This document shows, piece by piece, positions 1 through 10,307 of a stretch of 64,000 bases of DNA (position 1 is the first letter of the stretch; every line of letters begins with the position of its first letter). This DNA comes from a bacterium (GTDB lineage: Bacteria; Patescibacteriota; Dojkabacteria; GCA-016699595), in NCBI GenBank assembly GCA_016699595.1, contig CP064982.1:379829-443828 (forward strand). Reading direction: 5' to 3'. A model generated the notes under the pieces. It did no database searches and was not told where the DNA came from. It was given only the letters and a program-made list of their open reading frames with translations. A program made the position numbers and the translations under genes.

Positions 1-3000
1 AAAGATACGCTAAGTTAATCTCAACGACCACAGATCCCAAAGAAAGACAAAAATTAAGTCAACAACTAAAGAAAACTAAAGAGAAATTAAATAGCGATGT
101 TGCGAATGCGAAAGTAGATATTGAAAATCATTATAATGAAGAGAGAAAGATTGTTGCAGAAAACAAAAGAGCTATTGAAATTCTAGTAGCGAGAAACATA
201 GACTATGCAAGTTTGCCTCCAATGGAATTACTGGCAATTACTTGGCTTATCGAAGAAGAAATAAACTTTGGAGCAAATAGTGAAATTTTGAAATCAGCTC
301 AAAATTTGGCAAAGTATTATACAGTAACTAGGCAAGCAGATAGACAATTCAATGACCTTCAAGGACGACTCGGCATAAGGGATGTACATAAATTAGGAAA
401 TATACCCCCATGGGTCAATTTGACAAGAAGGGAAGTCGTTGATGATCAAATCAAAACATTCAGAGATTGGGAATTTTCAAATGGACATGACAAAGCAGAG
501 AGAGTAGCGCAATTGATTTCACCAACTAGCTTCGACAAAAATTATGCAACTGTTTTAACTATTAGGGAGAATGAAATTGCAAAAATGAAGGATTTGAAAA
601 TAATTGATGATGATGGATATTACTCTTTGCAAAGAATTGCAGATCTTAATGAGTTGAAAAAGAAGGATGCAAAATCATTAACTGCAGAGGAACTGGCTAC
701 TTTGCAAGTATTTGCAGACATAGAAGACGAATTGACAGCAAATGTCATTACAACTGAAGCAAGAGCTAGACTTACACCGTCAGCTAAAGCAAATTTACTT
801 GAAGAACTAGGTAGAAACGATTTGAAATGGTTACTTACTAGAAAAGGCGAACAAGGGTTAGACCCAAATGAAGATATAGCAGAAAGAATGATTCGCGAAA
901 TGATCGCGCAAGGTTCAAGAGATGTAGGACTCTATATGGCAAAAGTACAAAGAGAAATCACTGGACCGGATGATTCTGGCAAATATATTGAAGATATAGT
1001 TGCACAAACAAAGGAAAGTTTCTTACCTACATACCTAAAGACTCAAGACCTCGCTAGTAGGGCTCATGCAGTTGCCAAGGAAAATGTTGCGTTGCTTATG
1101 CAACAAAATTCTTTCAAAAAATCATACCCCGAACTGCAAGCAAATGACTTGGTTCGTGACATTGCAGAAGCATTGGAAGTTTCGTACAGATGCATTTTGG
1201 AAAGTGAAATGATAGTTCCATCATCAGTTACACAAATCAAACTTACTGGTGATGGACAGATAGCAACTATGATTGAAAGAATTTTGAAAGAAGGTCAAGG
1301 AGCTACTCAACAGATAGAAGATATAGTACATGATGCTTCAAATACACAGAGCATGAGTCCTGATCCTGATGACACTGAATCTCCAACTGCAATCAAAGCC
1401 AAAAAAAGTGTTCCTCAAAAACATGCGGAAGTATTGGTACGATCTTTCCATCAAGCTCCAAGTCCTGACATGATGAGACTTGCATTCCCGGAGTACAATA
1501 GCTCTATAGTTTCAGGTATTAGATTGGATACTGAAGAAGCAAGGAAGCATTATGCAGAGAAATTCGATGTTAGCAGTAATGTGGAAATGGCAACCACCAT
1601 TGCTAGCTACACTTCCGCAAATAACTTAACAAATTACCTAGTATCTACTTTCAAAGGTGGAGGTGCTTGGTTAATTTACAAAAAAAACAAACAGGAACAA
1701 AAAAAAGCTGAAAAGAAACTTAAGTTTTGGGCAGCAATAAACTCTATCCCGATTTTAGGCAATATCAGTGAGATTCATGATGCTATAACGGAACTTGGGA
1801 TCATTTTACCACAACAATGGCAATCCGAACTGAGATCTTATGGCTCAAAGATGTACAAGGATGGAAAAGTCAATCCGTTGTTGCCAACATTGCTTTCAGT
1901 GAGAAATGGCAGGAATGAACCTATTCTAACGAAATATGCATATACCTTGGGTGTACTATCAGAAAATAGTAACGATCATTTTTCCAAAGTACTTGGTAAC
2001 TTCCTTGGAACCAGAGATGAAAGAGCCAAATACAAAGGAGGATTTGCAGACATTCCTTTTCTTACAAAGAGTGTCGTTTGGATCAAGCCAAAAATGCAAA
2101 TCAAGGATGGAAGTGGAAATTTACTCAAAGATGAATTTGGGAAGCCTTTGAAGTTCAAGAAAGCCTACAAAGAAACTGTTGATGGACCATTGAAGAGATC
2201 ATGGTCTGTAAATCAAAGATTTACAGATCCTTTGTTACAAAGCCTACGGTTGGTTGACTACAGAGCTGTAAATATTGGAGGAGAAAATGTCATTATGAGG
2301 GTCAATGTCCCTATGAATGCTCTCAGCAATGCATATCATAGATCTTTTGATGCAGTACTTACTAGGATCTTCGATCCTGGGACGAATTTACCTTATAGTC
2401 AAAACAGCGTTATAGGAACTATCAACAATGGAAGGGTGCAAGTAAACAAAAGGCTGAAACTCGGAGACATTGACAACAAGACAAAAGTTACAAAACTACA
2501 AGGGATAATAATTGATACAAAAACAAATAAAAGAAGATCTACTGTAGATATTATTTTTAGAATAGCTATTCATATTGTAAAAGAAGTCATAGTCGAAACG
2601 GTGAAAGAAGTTGGTCAATTTGTAGACCATAGGTTTGATAATGTAAAGCAATACAGGAGGTTGAAATCTTACTTCAGAGAAGCCTCAACTTCATCAGTTG
2701 AACTTTCAAGATTTGCACTAAATAGATTGAAAACAAGCATGAACCTTTTGCGCGTAACTGCTGGTGGAATTGCAAAGTCTCTACCTGCAGGTGCTGTTGG
2801 TAGTGTAGCTGGTGGATATTTAGGAAGCTATCTAAATCCTATCCTTTCACCTATTTTAGGTAACAATGCAGGTACTATAGTTGGAGCAACAATCGGAGGT
2901 ACATTGTCAGCATCTGCCAAGTTTTCTGAATATATGTTTTCTCCACAGTATAAACTGGGTGGATATAGTAGGTTTCAAAAGGCAGTAATGGAGTTCAATG

Positions 3001-5993
3001 GTGCAGAATGGAAGATGATAGATGGGAAAATGCAGTTTGTTGGCAAAGATAAGTTATTGAATATATACAGGTCTCTTCCTGATAATTATTTTTCAATACT
3101 ATCTTCATCAGGCAAAGTCATCAATTCTACAAGTGTAATTCATACAATAAGAGAAGGAATTGATTCAGGGACTATGAGATTGAATGCTCTTGGTGAGATT
3201 GAAAGCATTGATAGAGCTACTGGTAAGTGGATACTGCACGAATTTTCCTCAGGTGAATCTTTGAAGTTAGTAACAAATGCTGAAGGCATTCGGTCTCTTG
3301 CAAACAGGTCACTCGAATTTGTTGATGGAAAGATTGTATCAAAGGGATTCGTGAATTTGTTTGACAATATGAGTGGTAAATGGGGACTTGTACCTCTAGG
3401 TGCTGGACTTGGAGCTGCTGCCGGTACTGGAGTGGCATACTTGATAAACAAGGGTTTTGATGCAGTAGGATTAGGATTTATAAATTTACCTTATGCTCAA
3501 TTTGCTATTGTAGGAACTATTATTGGCGGTACCGCCCCGATAATTATAAACTGGGGATTGCCAAACATAGCAAATGCATTAAGTCCAGAAAGCTCTTTCG
3601 GTAAGTATATGGGTAGGCTTTCTAGGTTCACTCAAGATCCAGCATCTCTATTGATACAAAACAAAGCAAACTCATTTTACCGGTGGCAAAGTGCTTTATC
3701 TTCAGCCAAAAGTGGCATGTATGTATGGTCATCTGCGACATTGCTTGCTGAAATATTCAATTGGGGAAATCCCTTAGTCACAGGACTTGTTGTTGGAGCT
3801 GGAGCATTCGCTCTTGATTATGGAGTCAGAACATTGGTAGTTCCAAGACTTACTGCATTTCGTGCTATGCTCGCAGAAACTGCGCTTGGTAAATTTGGAT
3901 CTGCACTTGTACACTTGCCTGTTATGGATTCTATTGGACTAGGTTGGGAATACATTAAGTTTAATGATATGTTTGTCCAACCATATCTAACTAGTGGATT
4001 GAATCTAAAAACCTACCTTTTTGGTGGAGATTATACACAAGTTAAATTGTTACATTTACAAGATGGTATAAACATGGGTGGTTTGGTCGATGTGAATGGA
4101 CAGTTACTTACTTTAGATGAAGCCAGAGCACAAGGAATAAACCTAAATGGTGCACGAGTAGAGTATAGAGAAACTAGATCCTTTCAAGGTATACTCAGGA
4201 TGCCTTGGGTCAATCTCATATTTCTTGGAAGTGCATGGACTATACTTGGATATCAATATGCCATAGCAAAGAGTTCTTTTGTTTTTTTCAGAACATTGGC
4301 AGAGAAGTTTCCAAATTTAAGAAGGTTGCAACCTTTGGTTGGACAACAAGGATCTTCGATTTGGGGACGATTTGTACAAAGTAGAGCTGGACAAATATTT
4401 GTAGAAAGTAGACCTGTGACATTTTTCACAAGAATTCCTGCCGGACTATCTTCATGGGGAGCAGAGGCAACTGCAAATATGGGAAATTTCGGAAGATTTG
4501 CGCGATTTGCAACTGGAAGTGTTTGGAAATTTATCAAAGGAGTTGTAAATGCTATTAATCCTCTTACTTGGAGCCTTAATAGTCTGACTATGGGTAACCT
4601 TACAGGTGGATTCATAGGAGCTGCAATTGGAACGGCTATACTAACTGCATTGGGAGTACCTATGGTGCCTGCAGTCATAATTGGGGCAGCAATTGGTGGC
4701 ACTATTTTTAGTTATATAGGAGCTGGCATCGCCTTGTCAATAGTTTCAGCAACAGGGCCAATAGGTTTTCTTCTCAGCACATTAATTGTATCTGTTACTA
4801 CTTCCATAGGTCATGTGCTTGGTGGTTTAGTGGGAAATTTTATAGACAAAACATTTTTTGCTGCAGCTCGGGCTGCACAAGCTTCTATGCATGCATTGAC
4901 AAGTTTAGTCAGCATATTCTCGCTTGCCAAAGCGATCCTTGATGGAGATTGGAGCAAAACTATCATAAATATCATGCAGATGGCTATGGGAGCAGTTGTA
5001 GTTGCTCCTGTAGTTGTTGTTGGAGTAGTGATAATCCCTCAGTTGATAACTCCAACTACCCTTCCTCTTAGCCAATTATTATTACTACCCCCATCTCTAT
5101 ATGTAACAAAAAATGTCAATGTAGGAAGCTATGATCCGTCTGTGCCATCTATAAAATATACTATAACTATCAATCCAACTGATGGCCCAATGCTAGTAAA
5201 TTTAATTGATGATCCAGCAAGCACTGTTTTGATACATCCTATAAGTGGCAGTGGCTGGGATTTTGCAACTATTGATGCCTTAACAAATAATATAGTTGTA
5301 GCCGGACTTCTGAATGAAAGCGTATCTTTAACTTATGAACTGATGCTTGCTGATACTTTAGAAAATTTAAGTGGTATATGTAATAATTTAACTGGGACCA
5401 CACGAACATTAAACGACCAAAATGCAACTGATCAAAGTGTAGTATCCAGTGTATGTGTAGATAAATATGGCAACCCTATTGCAGATCCTACTCACCCAAA
5501 TGTGATTCTTGCCGGACTTCCTATGAATCCGTCTTCTGTCACAAATATGGCTTCATGTTTTGGAGGATCAGCTGGACATCATGGGATAGATCTCTCTACT
5601 CAAGCTGCTGCAACTGAACCGATTTATGCTGTAGCTGATGGTACTATAGTGTACTCAGGTTCTGCTTATGATCCCAATTATTGTACATTTATGAATGGTC
5701 ATGTATATTGCGGAGGTTATGGCAGACTTATCAAGCTAAGGTTAAATAGTGGAGAGTATGTTTACTATGGTCATATAAACGAGGAGTATGTCTCAGTCGG
5801 TGATACAGTTGCAAAGGGAGACATCCTTGGATTGTCAAACAACCGAGGCACTTCCACTGGATCTCATTTACACTTGGAAGTTAGAGGGTCTGATGATAAT
5901 GTATCAAACCAACTAGACCCTTGTGAAATTTTCACCACAGATGGTGGACAGAGTATATGTAGTTCATATGCAGGCGGAGATCGTTGCATATAA
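1..5993 (+). CDS. Giant membrane-associated protein (5' end outside window; >1,990 aa) with Gly/Ala-rich hydrophobic central region and C-terminal M23/LytM metallopeptidase domain
   Basis: The frame of ORF 213..5993 stays open back to position 3, so the TTG at 213 is not the real start and the CDS is 5'-partial. The C-terminus has the M23 motifs HHGID (HxxxD) and SHLHLE (HxH). Residues ~850-1650 are long Gly/Ala/Ile-rich predicted TM/glycine-zipper segments. Confidence 0.8.
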   Translation, partial: RYAKLISTTTDPKERQKLSQQLKKTKEKLNSDVANAKVDIENHYNEERKIVAENKRAIEILVARNIDYASLPPMELLAITWLIEEEINFGANSEILKSAQNLAKYYTVTRQADRQFNDLQGRLGIRDVHKLGNIPPWVNLTRREVVDDQIKTFRDWEFSNGHDKAERVAQLISPTSFDKNYATVLTIRENEIAKMKDLKIIDDDGYYSLQRIADLNELKKKDAKSLTAEELATLQVFADIEDELTANVITTEARARLTPSAKANLLEELGRNDLKWLLTRKGEQGLDPNEDIAERMIREMIAQGSRDVGLYMAKVQREITGPDDSGKYIEDIVAQTKESFLPTYLKTQDLASRAHAVAKENVALLMQQNSFKKSYPELQANDLVRDIAEALEVSYRCILESEMIVPSSVTQIKLTGDGQIATMIERILKEGQGATQQIEDIVHDASNTQSMSPDPDDTESPTAIKAKKSVPQKHAEVLVRSFHQAPSPDMMRLAFPEYNSSIVSGIRLDTEEARKHYAEKFDVSSNVEMATTIASYTSANNLTNYLVSTFKGGGAWLIYKKNKQEQKKAEKKLKFWAAINSIPILGNISEIHDAITELGIILPQQWQSELRSYGSKMYKDGKVNPLLPTLLSVRNGRNEPILTKYAYTLGVLSENSNDHFSKVLGNFLGTRDERAKYKGGFADIPFLTKSVVWIKPKMQIKDGSGNLLKDEFGKPLKFKKAYKETVDGPLKRSWSVNQRFTDPLLQSLRLVDYRAVNIGGENVIMRVNVPMNALSNAYHRSFDAVLTRIFDPGTNLPYSQNSVIGTINNGRVQVNKRLKLGDIDNKTKVTKLQGIIIDTKTNKRRSTVDIIFRIAIHIVKEVIVETVKEVGQFVDHRFDNVKQYRRLKSYFREASTSSVELSRFALNRLKTSMNLLRVTAGGIAKSLPAGAVGSVAGGYLGSYLNPILSPILGNNAGTIVGATIGGTLSASAKFSEYMFSPQYKLGGYSRFQKAVMEFNGAEWKMIDGKMQFVGKDKLLNIYRSLPDNYFSILSSSGKVINSTSVIHTIREGIDSGTMRLNALGEIESIDRATGKWILHEFSSGESLKLVTNAEGIRSLANRSLEFVDGKIVSKGFVNLFDNMSGKWGLVPLGAGLGAAAGTGVAYLINKGFDAVGLGFINLPYAQFAIVGTIIGGTAPIIINWGLPNIANALSPESSFGKYMGRLSRFTQDPASLLIQNKANSFYRWQSALSSAKSGMYVWSSATLLAEIFNWGNPLVTGLVVGAGAFALDYGVRTLVVPRLTAFRAMLAETALGKFGSALVHLPVMDSIGLGWEYIKFNDMFVQPYLTSGLNLKTYLFGGDYTQVKLLHLQDGINMGGLVDVNGQLLTLDEARAQGINLNGARVEYRETRSFQGILRMPWVNLIFLGSAWTILGYQYAIAKSSFVFFRTLAEKFPNLRRLQPLVGQQGSSIWGRFVQSRAGQIFVESRPVTFFTRIPAGLSSWGAEATANMGNFGRFARFATGSVWKFIKGVVNAINPLTWSLNSLTMGNLTGGFIGAAIGTAILTALGVPMVPAVIIGAAIGGTIFSYIGAGIALSIVSATGPIGFLLSTLIVSVTTSIGHVLGGLVGNFIDKTFFAAARAAQASMHALTSLVSIFSLAKAILDGDWSKTIINIMQMAMGAVVVAPVVVVGVVIIPQLITPTTLPLSQLLLLPPSLYVTKNVNVGSYDPSVPSIKYTITINPTDGPMLVNLIDDPASTVLIHPISGSGWDFATIDALTNNIVVAGLLNESVSLTYELMLADTLENLSGICNNLTGTTRTLNDQNATDQSVVSSVCVDKYGNPIADPTHPNVILAGLPMNPSSVTNMASCFGGSAGHHGIDLSTQAAATEPIYAVADGTIVYSGSAYDPNYCTFMNGHVYCGGYGRLIKLRLNSGEYVYYGHINEEYVSVGDTVAKGDILGLSNNRGTSTGSHLHLEVRGSDDNVSNQLDPCEIFTTDGGQSICSSYAGGDRCI

Positions 5994-6014
5994 GTTTCGA
6001 AACAACCAAACGTT

Positions 6015-7007
6015 ATGAAAAATAGTTATTCATCACCAAAATATTATATTGCACTTTTAGTCATTCTTGTTGCGATTGCTACGATACTTGGTTTGTACTT
6101 GTACATTACTATAAATCCAAATAACAACGGTCAAAAAACTTACGTTGTGACATCAACAACCCAATCATTTTTCAATCAAAAATCAGTAAAAAAAGTTCCA
6201 GATAGCTATAAATTTTCTAGTTCAAAGTTAGAAGACACTATAAGTATACCTCTAGATTTGAAAAATATTGAAGTTAGCAAGAAATGCGACATAAATATTT
6301 ATGATTATTTCAATGACAAATATCACACACCTAAGCAAGCGTTTTCAAATGGTCAATTTATTCGAATTACAAATGAATATGAGTTGAATATGCAAGATGA
6401 GTCCAAAATTAAAACTATTTCAATGAAAAATCTGAAAGTGCAAGATAATCTTGCTAATGTAAATAAGGTTAAAGATATTGATATCTATATAAGAGAAATC
6501 GAAAAGAAGGCATTTGCAAGATATAAGGAAATATTTGAAATCGAAAATCCGGAATGCGCAAGCAGTTTTTCTGAAACAAACTTTGACTACTCTTTTAGCT
6601 TTGGCAAAGGAATAGGGATGGAGATTGGACTAGGCACTAAAGACAATTGGAATATACTAAGTATTACTTTGTATCAAAAGTATGATTCATATAAGTTTCT
6701 TGATGAATTTACTGTTCTGGGTTTGTACACATTTGATAGTTATGGTAATTTATACAATGAGTATTATCCATATTTTTCAAAAAATGTTTATGAATTTCAA
6801 CCTACAACTAACTTTGAATCAAACAATTCTACTTTTGTTTTGAAAGATATAATTCGAGATTCCATTACAGCTTCAGATAACTCAAGTATTCCAAACGAAA
6901 TGAATATAAGTAGCTATGAATTTATCTACATGATGTCGAATGGCAAAATAAAACCTTTTTTGAAAATTGATGCTGACTACACTAGCTTATTTTACGAATT
7001 GAAATGA
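6015..7007 (+). CDS. Hypothetical protein with N-terminal membrane anchor
   Basis: ORF with N-terminal hydrophobic helix (YYIALLVILVAIATILGLYLYI). No recognisable motif. Its last 4 bp overlap the downstream PBP gene. Confidence 0.5.
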   Translation: MKNSYSSPKYYIALLVILVAIATILGLYLYITINPNNNGQKTYVVTSTTQSFFNQKSVKKVPDSYKFSSSKLEDTISIPLDLKNIEVSKKCDINIYDYFNDKYHTPKQAFSNGQFIRITNEYELNMQDESKIKTISMKNLKVQDNLANVNKVKDIDIYIREIEKKAFARYKEIFEIENPECASSFSETNFDYSFSFGKGIGMEIGLGTKDNWNILSITLYQKYDSYKFLDEFTVLGLYTFDSYGNLYNEYYPYFSKNVYEFQPTTNFESNNSTFVLKDIIRDSITASDNSSIPNEMNISSYEFIYMMSNGKIKPFLKIDADYTSLFYELK

Positions 7008-8773
7008 AGTTAAAACTACTTTTCCTAAAAACTTTTTTCATTGTTTTTACATTCCTGATTTTAGCTTTTCTTTTTCGTTGGCAAATAATTGATCACAATT
7101 ATTTTTCAAAGTTAGCCGAACAAAGATTTGTAGAATATGTAACTTCAGGAGAAAGAGGAAAAATTATTGCACATGATGGGACAGTCCTTGTATACAATGA
7201 AAATGTATGGGATGTATATGTTTATAAACCAGAACTAGAAATTGCTGAAAAGATACAGAAAGTCAAAGTGAATAATGAATCTTTTGAGGTGCAAAAACAA
7301 ACGAGGAAAGAGTTTGTAGAAAAAGTTGCAGCAATATTGAATGTATTTCCACAAGAGATTGAAGAAAAAATAAATAGTGACGGAAATTACATAAAAATTG
7401 CTAGCCAAATAGACTTGAGCACAAAAAATGCTTTGGAGTTTCTACCTGGCAACTCCCAATCTGGTTACTACCTAAAGGGAATCAACTTCGAAGAGACATT
7501 TAAGCGAGGATACCCAAATGGCACTTTAGCATCAAATATACTAGGTTACTTAGGCTATAGTGACAAACAATCTTTAGTTGGAACTCATGGGATAGAACAA
7601 GCATGGAACGGAGATCTATCACCTCAATCTGGTTATCAAAAAATAGAAATTGACATTGATGGAAATCCAATCATTGCTGGTGAAAGTGAAACATTAAATT
7701 ATAAAAACGGAAGTGATATCAAACTAAGTATTGACCCCACAATTCAAAGTATTTTGGAGAAGAAGTTGAAAGAAGGTAAGGAAAAGTATCAAGCTGAAAA
7801 TGCTATAGGTATAATAATGGAGCCAAAAACTGGAGACATAAAAGGCATGGCTGTGTATCCTTCCTATGACCCAGCTAAATACAGTGAAGTAACTGACTTG
7901 AAACAGCTGAATAATCTAGCAGTATCAGAATCTTATGAACCAGGTTCAATTGGCAAAGTTTTTACAACTGCCGTAGCTTATGATTTAGGAGTAGCAGATG
8001 AAGATACTGTAGTTGTCGAATCACATCCTGGATGTATAAACATAAACGAATGGAAGATTTGTAATGCGTTGAAAGTGCCTGCCAAAAATTTGACAGTGAA
8101 AACAACATTGATGACTTCAGATAATATTGGTGCATATGGTATAGCAAAGTTAGTTGGAGAAGAAAACTTGAAAAACTATCTCAGAAAGTTTGGTCTTGCC
8201 CAGAGTTTGAATGTAGGATTAGCAGAAGAACAAACAGAATTTTATAATTTTGATAGGAAGTGGCCAGAAGTTGAACTTGCAACATCGTCATTCGGCCAAT
8301 CTTATACACTCACTGCATTACAAATCGTAGATGCATATGCTGCTATAGCAAATGATGGATTGAGAATGAAACCGAAGATTGTAAGTGAAGTTGTATCCGA
8401 AGAAGGTGTGAAGGTAATTGAAAATAAACTTATTGAAACTGTCATAAGTCCAGAAGCTTCACAAAAGACAAATGCTACATTGACCAAAGTATTTGCTGAT
8501 AACTTGAAAAATACTGCAACCAGAGCTCAATACGATATACTTTCCAAGTATAGCTTAGCTGGCAAATCTGGAACAGCACAAATACCAAAAAAAGATGGGA
8601 CTGGTTATGAAGACAATGCAGTAAATTCAACCTATATTGGTTATGATACTTCCTCAGAGAAAAGTTTTGTTATGTTGATCAAACTAACTAAGCCGAAAAT
8701 TGGTAGATTTGCCAATAATAATGTAATGCCACTTTGGTATGATACTTTCATTGAATTGAAAGACCTACTCTAA
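7004..8773 (+). CDS. Penicillin-binding protein, class B transpeptidase (FtsI/PBP2 family)
   Basis: N-terminal TM helix and an SxxK active-site motif (GSIGKVF). Overall PBP dimerisation plus transpeptidase architecture, 589 aa. Confidence 0.8.
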   Translation: MKLKLLFLKTFFIVFTFLILAFLFRWQIIDHNYFSKLAEQRFVEYVTSGERGKIIAHDGTVLVYNENVWDVYVYKPELEIAEKIQKVKVNNESFEVQKQTRKEFVEKVAAILNVFPQEIEEKINSDGNYIKIASQIDLSTKNALEFLPGNSQSGYYLKGINFEETFKRGYPNGTLASNILGYLGYSDKQSLVGTHGIEQAWNGDLSPQSGYQKIEIDIDGNPIIAGESETLNYKNGSDIKLSIDPTIQSILEKKLKEGKEKYQAENAIGIIMEPKTGDIKGMAVYPSYDPAKYSEVTDLKQLNNLAVSESYEPGSIGKVFTTAVAYDLGVADEDTVVVESHPGCININEWKICNALKVPAKNLTVKTTLMTSDNIGAYGIAKLVGEENLKNYLRKFGLAQSLNVGLAEEQTEFYNFDRKWPEVELATSSFGQSYTLTALQIVDAYAAIANDGLRMKPKIVSEVVSEEGVKVIENKLIETVISPEASQKTNATLTKVFADNLKNTATRAQYDILSKYSLAGKSGTAQIPKKDGTGYEDNAVNSTYIGYDTSSEKSFVMLIKLTKPKIGRFANNNVMPLWYDTFIELKDLL

Positions 8774-8809
8774 CTCAAAAAACCTTAAATTTCTTATTTC
8801 TATACAAAA

Positions 8810-9472
8810 ATGACATACTTAATCATCTCTGACTTTCACCTAAATCACAAAGTTTCAACAAAGGAACTAAAATTCTATAAACAATTGTTTTTATCAGTAG
8901 ATAAAATAATTATTAATGGAGATTTTTGGGAAGGGATGAGACCTATTGCAAATATTGATAAGTTTATAAAAAGCCAATGGAATGAATTACTACAGATATT
9001 GAAAGATAAGAGTGCTATTTATATTTTCGGCAATCATGATTTTTATGAAATTGATGAACAAGAAAAAGCACTTTGGTTAACTGAAGCACAAAAAGTATTT
9101 TCCAGTATCAGCCATGAATACAGGCTAAATCTTGGAAACAAAGTTTACAAAATTATACATGGTTCACAATTTAGGCATCCTTTTATGATAAATTCTGCTT
9201 TGTTTGAATATTTGTATTACAAAGTTAGCAAATTGGTTTCAAAAACATTTTTGGGTAGTCGAATTTACAACTTCATTGGTGGCAAGTGGAATAGAAGAAT
9301 CATAGAAACAGTCATACCGACTTTGCAAAGTAATGAAATTTTGATTTGCGGAGATACACATGCTCCAATGAAGTCAGATAGATATATCAACACAGGATTT
9401 AATTTTTCAGGAAATTATGGATACTTAATCCTAACTGATAATTTTGAGAAGTTATACTTTGGCAGAATGTAA
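8810..9472 (+). CDS. Calcineurin-like metallophosphoesterase (LpxH-like)
   Basis: Motifs ISDFHLN, INGDFWEG, IFGNHDF, GDTHAP. Confidence 0.65.
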   Translation: MTYLIISDFHLNHKVSTKELKFYKQLFLSVDKIIINGDFWEGMRPIANIDKFIKSQWNELLQILKDKSAIYIFGNHDFYEIDEQEKALWLTEAQKVFSSISHEYRLNLGNKVYKIIHGSQFRHPFMINSALFEYLYYKVSKLVSKTFLGSRIYNFIGGKWNRRIIETVIPTLQSNEILICGDTHAPMKSDRYINTGFNFSGNYGYLILTDNFEKLYFGRM

Positions 9473-9476
9473 CTTT

Positions 9477-10136
9477 TCAGAATTTGTAAATCAAAATTCC
9501 AATTATAGTTGAGATCAACATAGTTAGCACAAGCATCCACGTCCTCCATCTAAGCCAGCCTTTTGAAGTAATATTTTTACCAACAATTGTAAAGAATATA
9601 GTTGTACTTGCAAAACATGAACTCAAGCAATATGGACAAACTGAGCCAATTACAAAAATTGAGTTATACAATAACCATAAACTAAACATTAGAGCTAAAG
9701 TAACTGGTAGTAGAGCTAAGTTCCATAGTTTTTTGCTTAACTCACGATTGAAAAACTGTATAAATCCAAAAACAAATATCCCAGTATAGTAAATAAACCC
9801 TAAAACTGTATTGTTGAAACCAAATATTTCAGATTGCCACGATTTCATAGTTGGTAAGCAATTGATCACGCTATTTACGGAGCATGGAGGAATGTAATTA
9901 GCATCTTTCAGAAGTTTGATTTCTTCACCAAACAGCATGAAAGAAGCAAATAATCCGAGTATAGCCATAAAGCTCAATATTAGAGGGAAAAAGTACTTAT
10001 CAAATGAAATGAACTTCTTGTTATCTCGAACTTTTGAAAATCGCGAAACTGATTTAGCATACTTTATATCTCCTACTGTTTGTATATTTAGTTTCTTTTT
10101 TAATTTTGACTTTTTTGACATACAGGATTTTAGCAT
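9477..10136 (-). CDS. Vitamin K epoxide reductase (VKOR)-family membrane protein
   Basis: Polytopic membrane protein with a loop Cys pair (CSVNSVINC) and a CxxC in a TM segment (CPYC), as in VKOR homologues. Confidence 0.55.
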   Translation of the reverse strand: MLKSCMSKKSKLKKKLNIQTVGDIKYAKSVSRFSKVRDNKKFISFDKYFFPLILSFMAILGLFASFMLFGEEIKLLKDANYIPPCSVNSVINCLPTMKSWQSEIFGFNNTVLGFIYYTGIFVFGFIQFFNRELSKKLWNLALLPVTLALMFSLWLLYNSIFVIGSVCPYCLSSCFASTTIFFTIVGKNITSKGWLRWRTWMLVLTMLISTIIGILIYKF

Positions 10137-10200
10137 TTACCATTACCATTTCAAAAGACATTTATATTTAGATTCAATGTGTTAAAATTCACATTACTTT

Positions 10201-10278
<78 letters not shown>

Positions 10279-10307
10279 TTCTTCTTTATTTTGCGAAAAG
10301 TATATCT

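Noticed and set aside
213-215. TTG start codon for the giant ORF given in the ORF track
   Set aside because: The frame is open without stops back to position 3, so the gene starts upstream of the window and 213 is not a real start.
1675-1690. Poly-A tracts (A8 at ~1679, A7 at ~1399) in the giant gene as phase-variation sites
   Set aside because: Such homopolymers are expected at this base composition and encode Lys-rich linkers. There is no evidence of a regulatory role.
1936-4702. Small ORFs nested in or antisense to the giant gene (1936..2151, 1976..2158, 3140..3451, 3217..3438, 4253..4702)
   Set aside because: They lie entirely inside a long, motif-supported CDS and have low-complexity translations typical of spurious ORFs. 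The same applies to the other short antisense ORFs in the track (e.g. inside PBP, lysS, SPFH, ileS, groEL, recJ).
1-8773. Prophage (giant protein as tail tape-measure protein)
   Set aside because: No capsid, tail, terminase or integrase genes are visible in the 64 kb. Downstream genes are cellular (PBP, phosphoesterase). This is kept as a hypothesis in the findings only because the upstream context is unseen.
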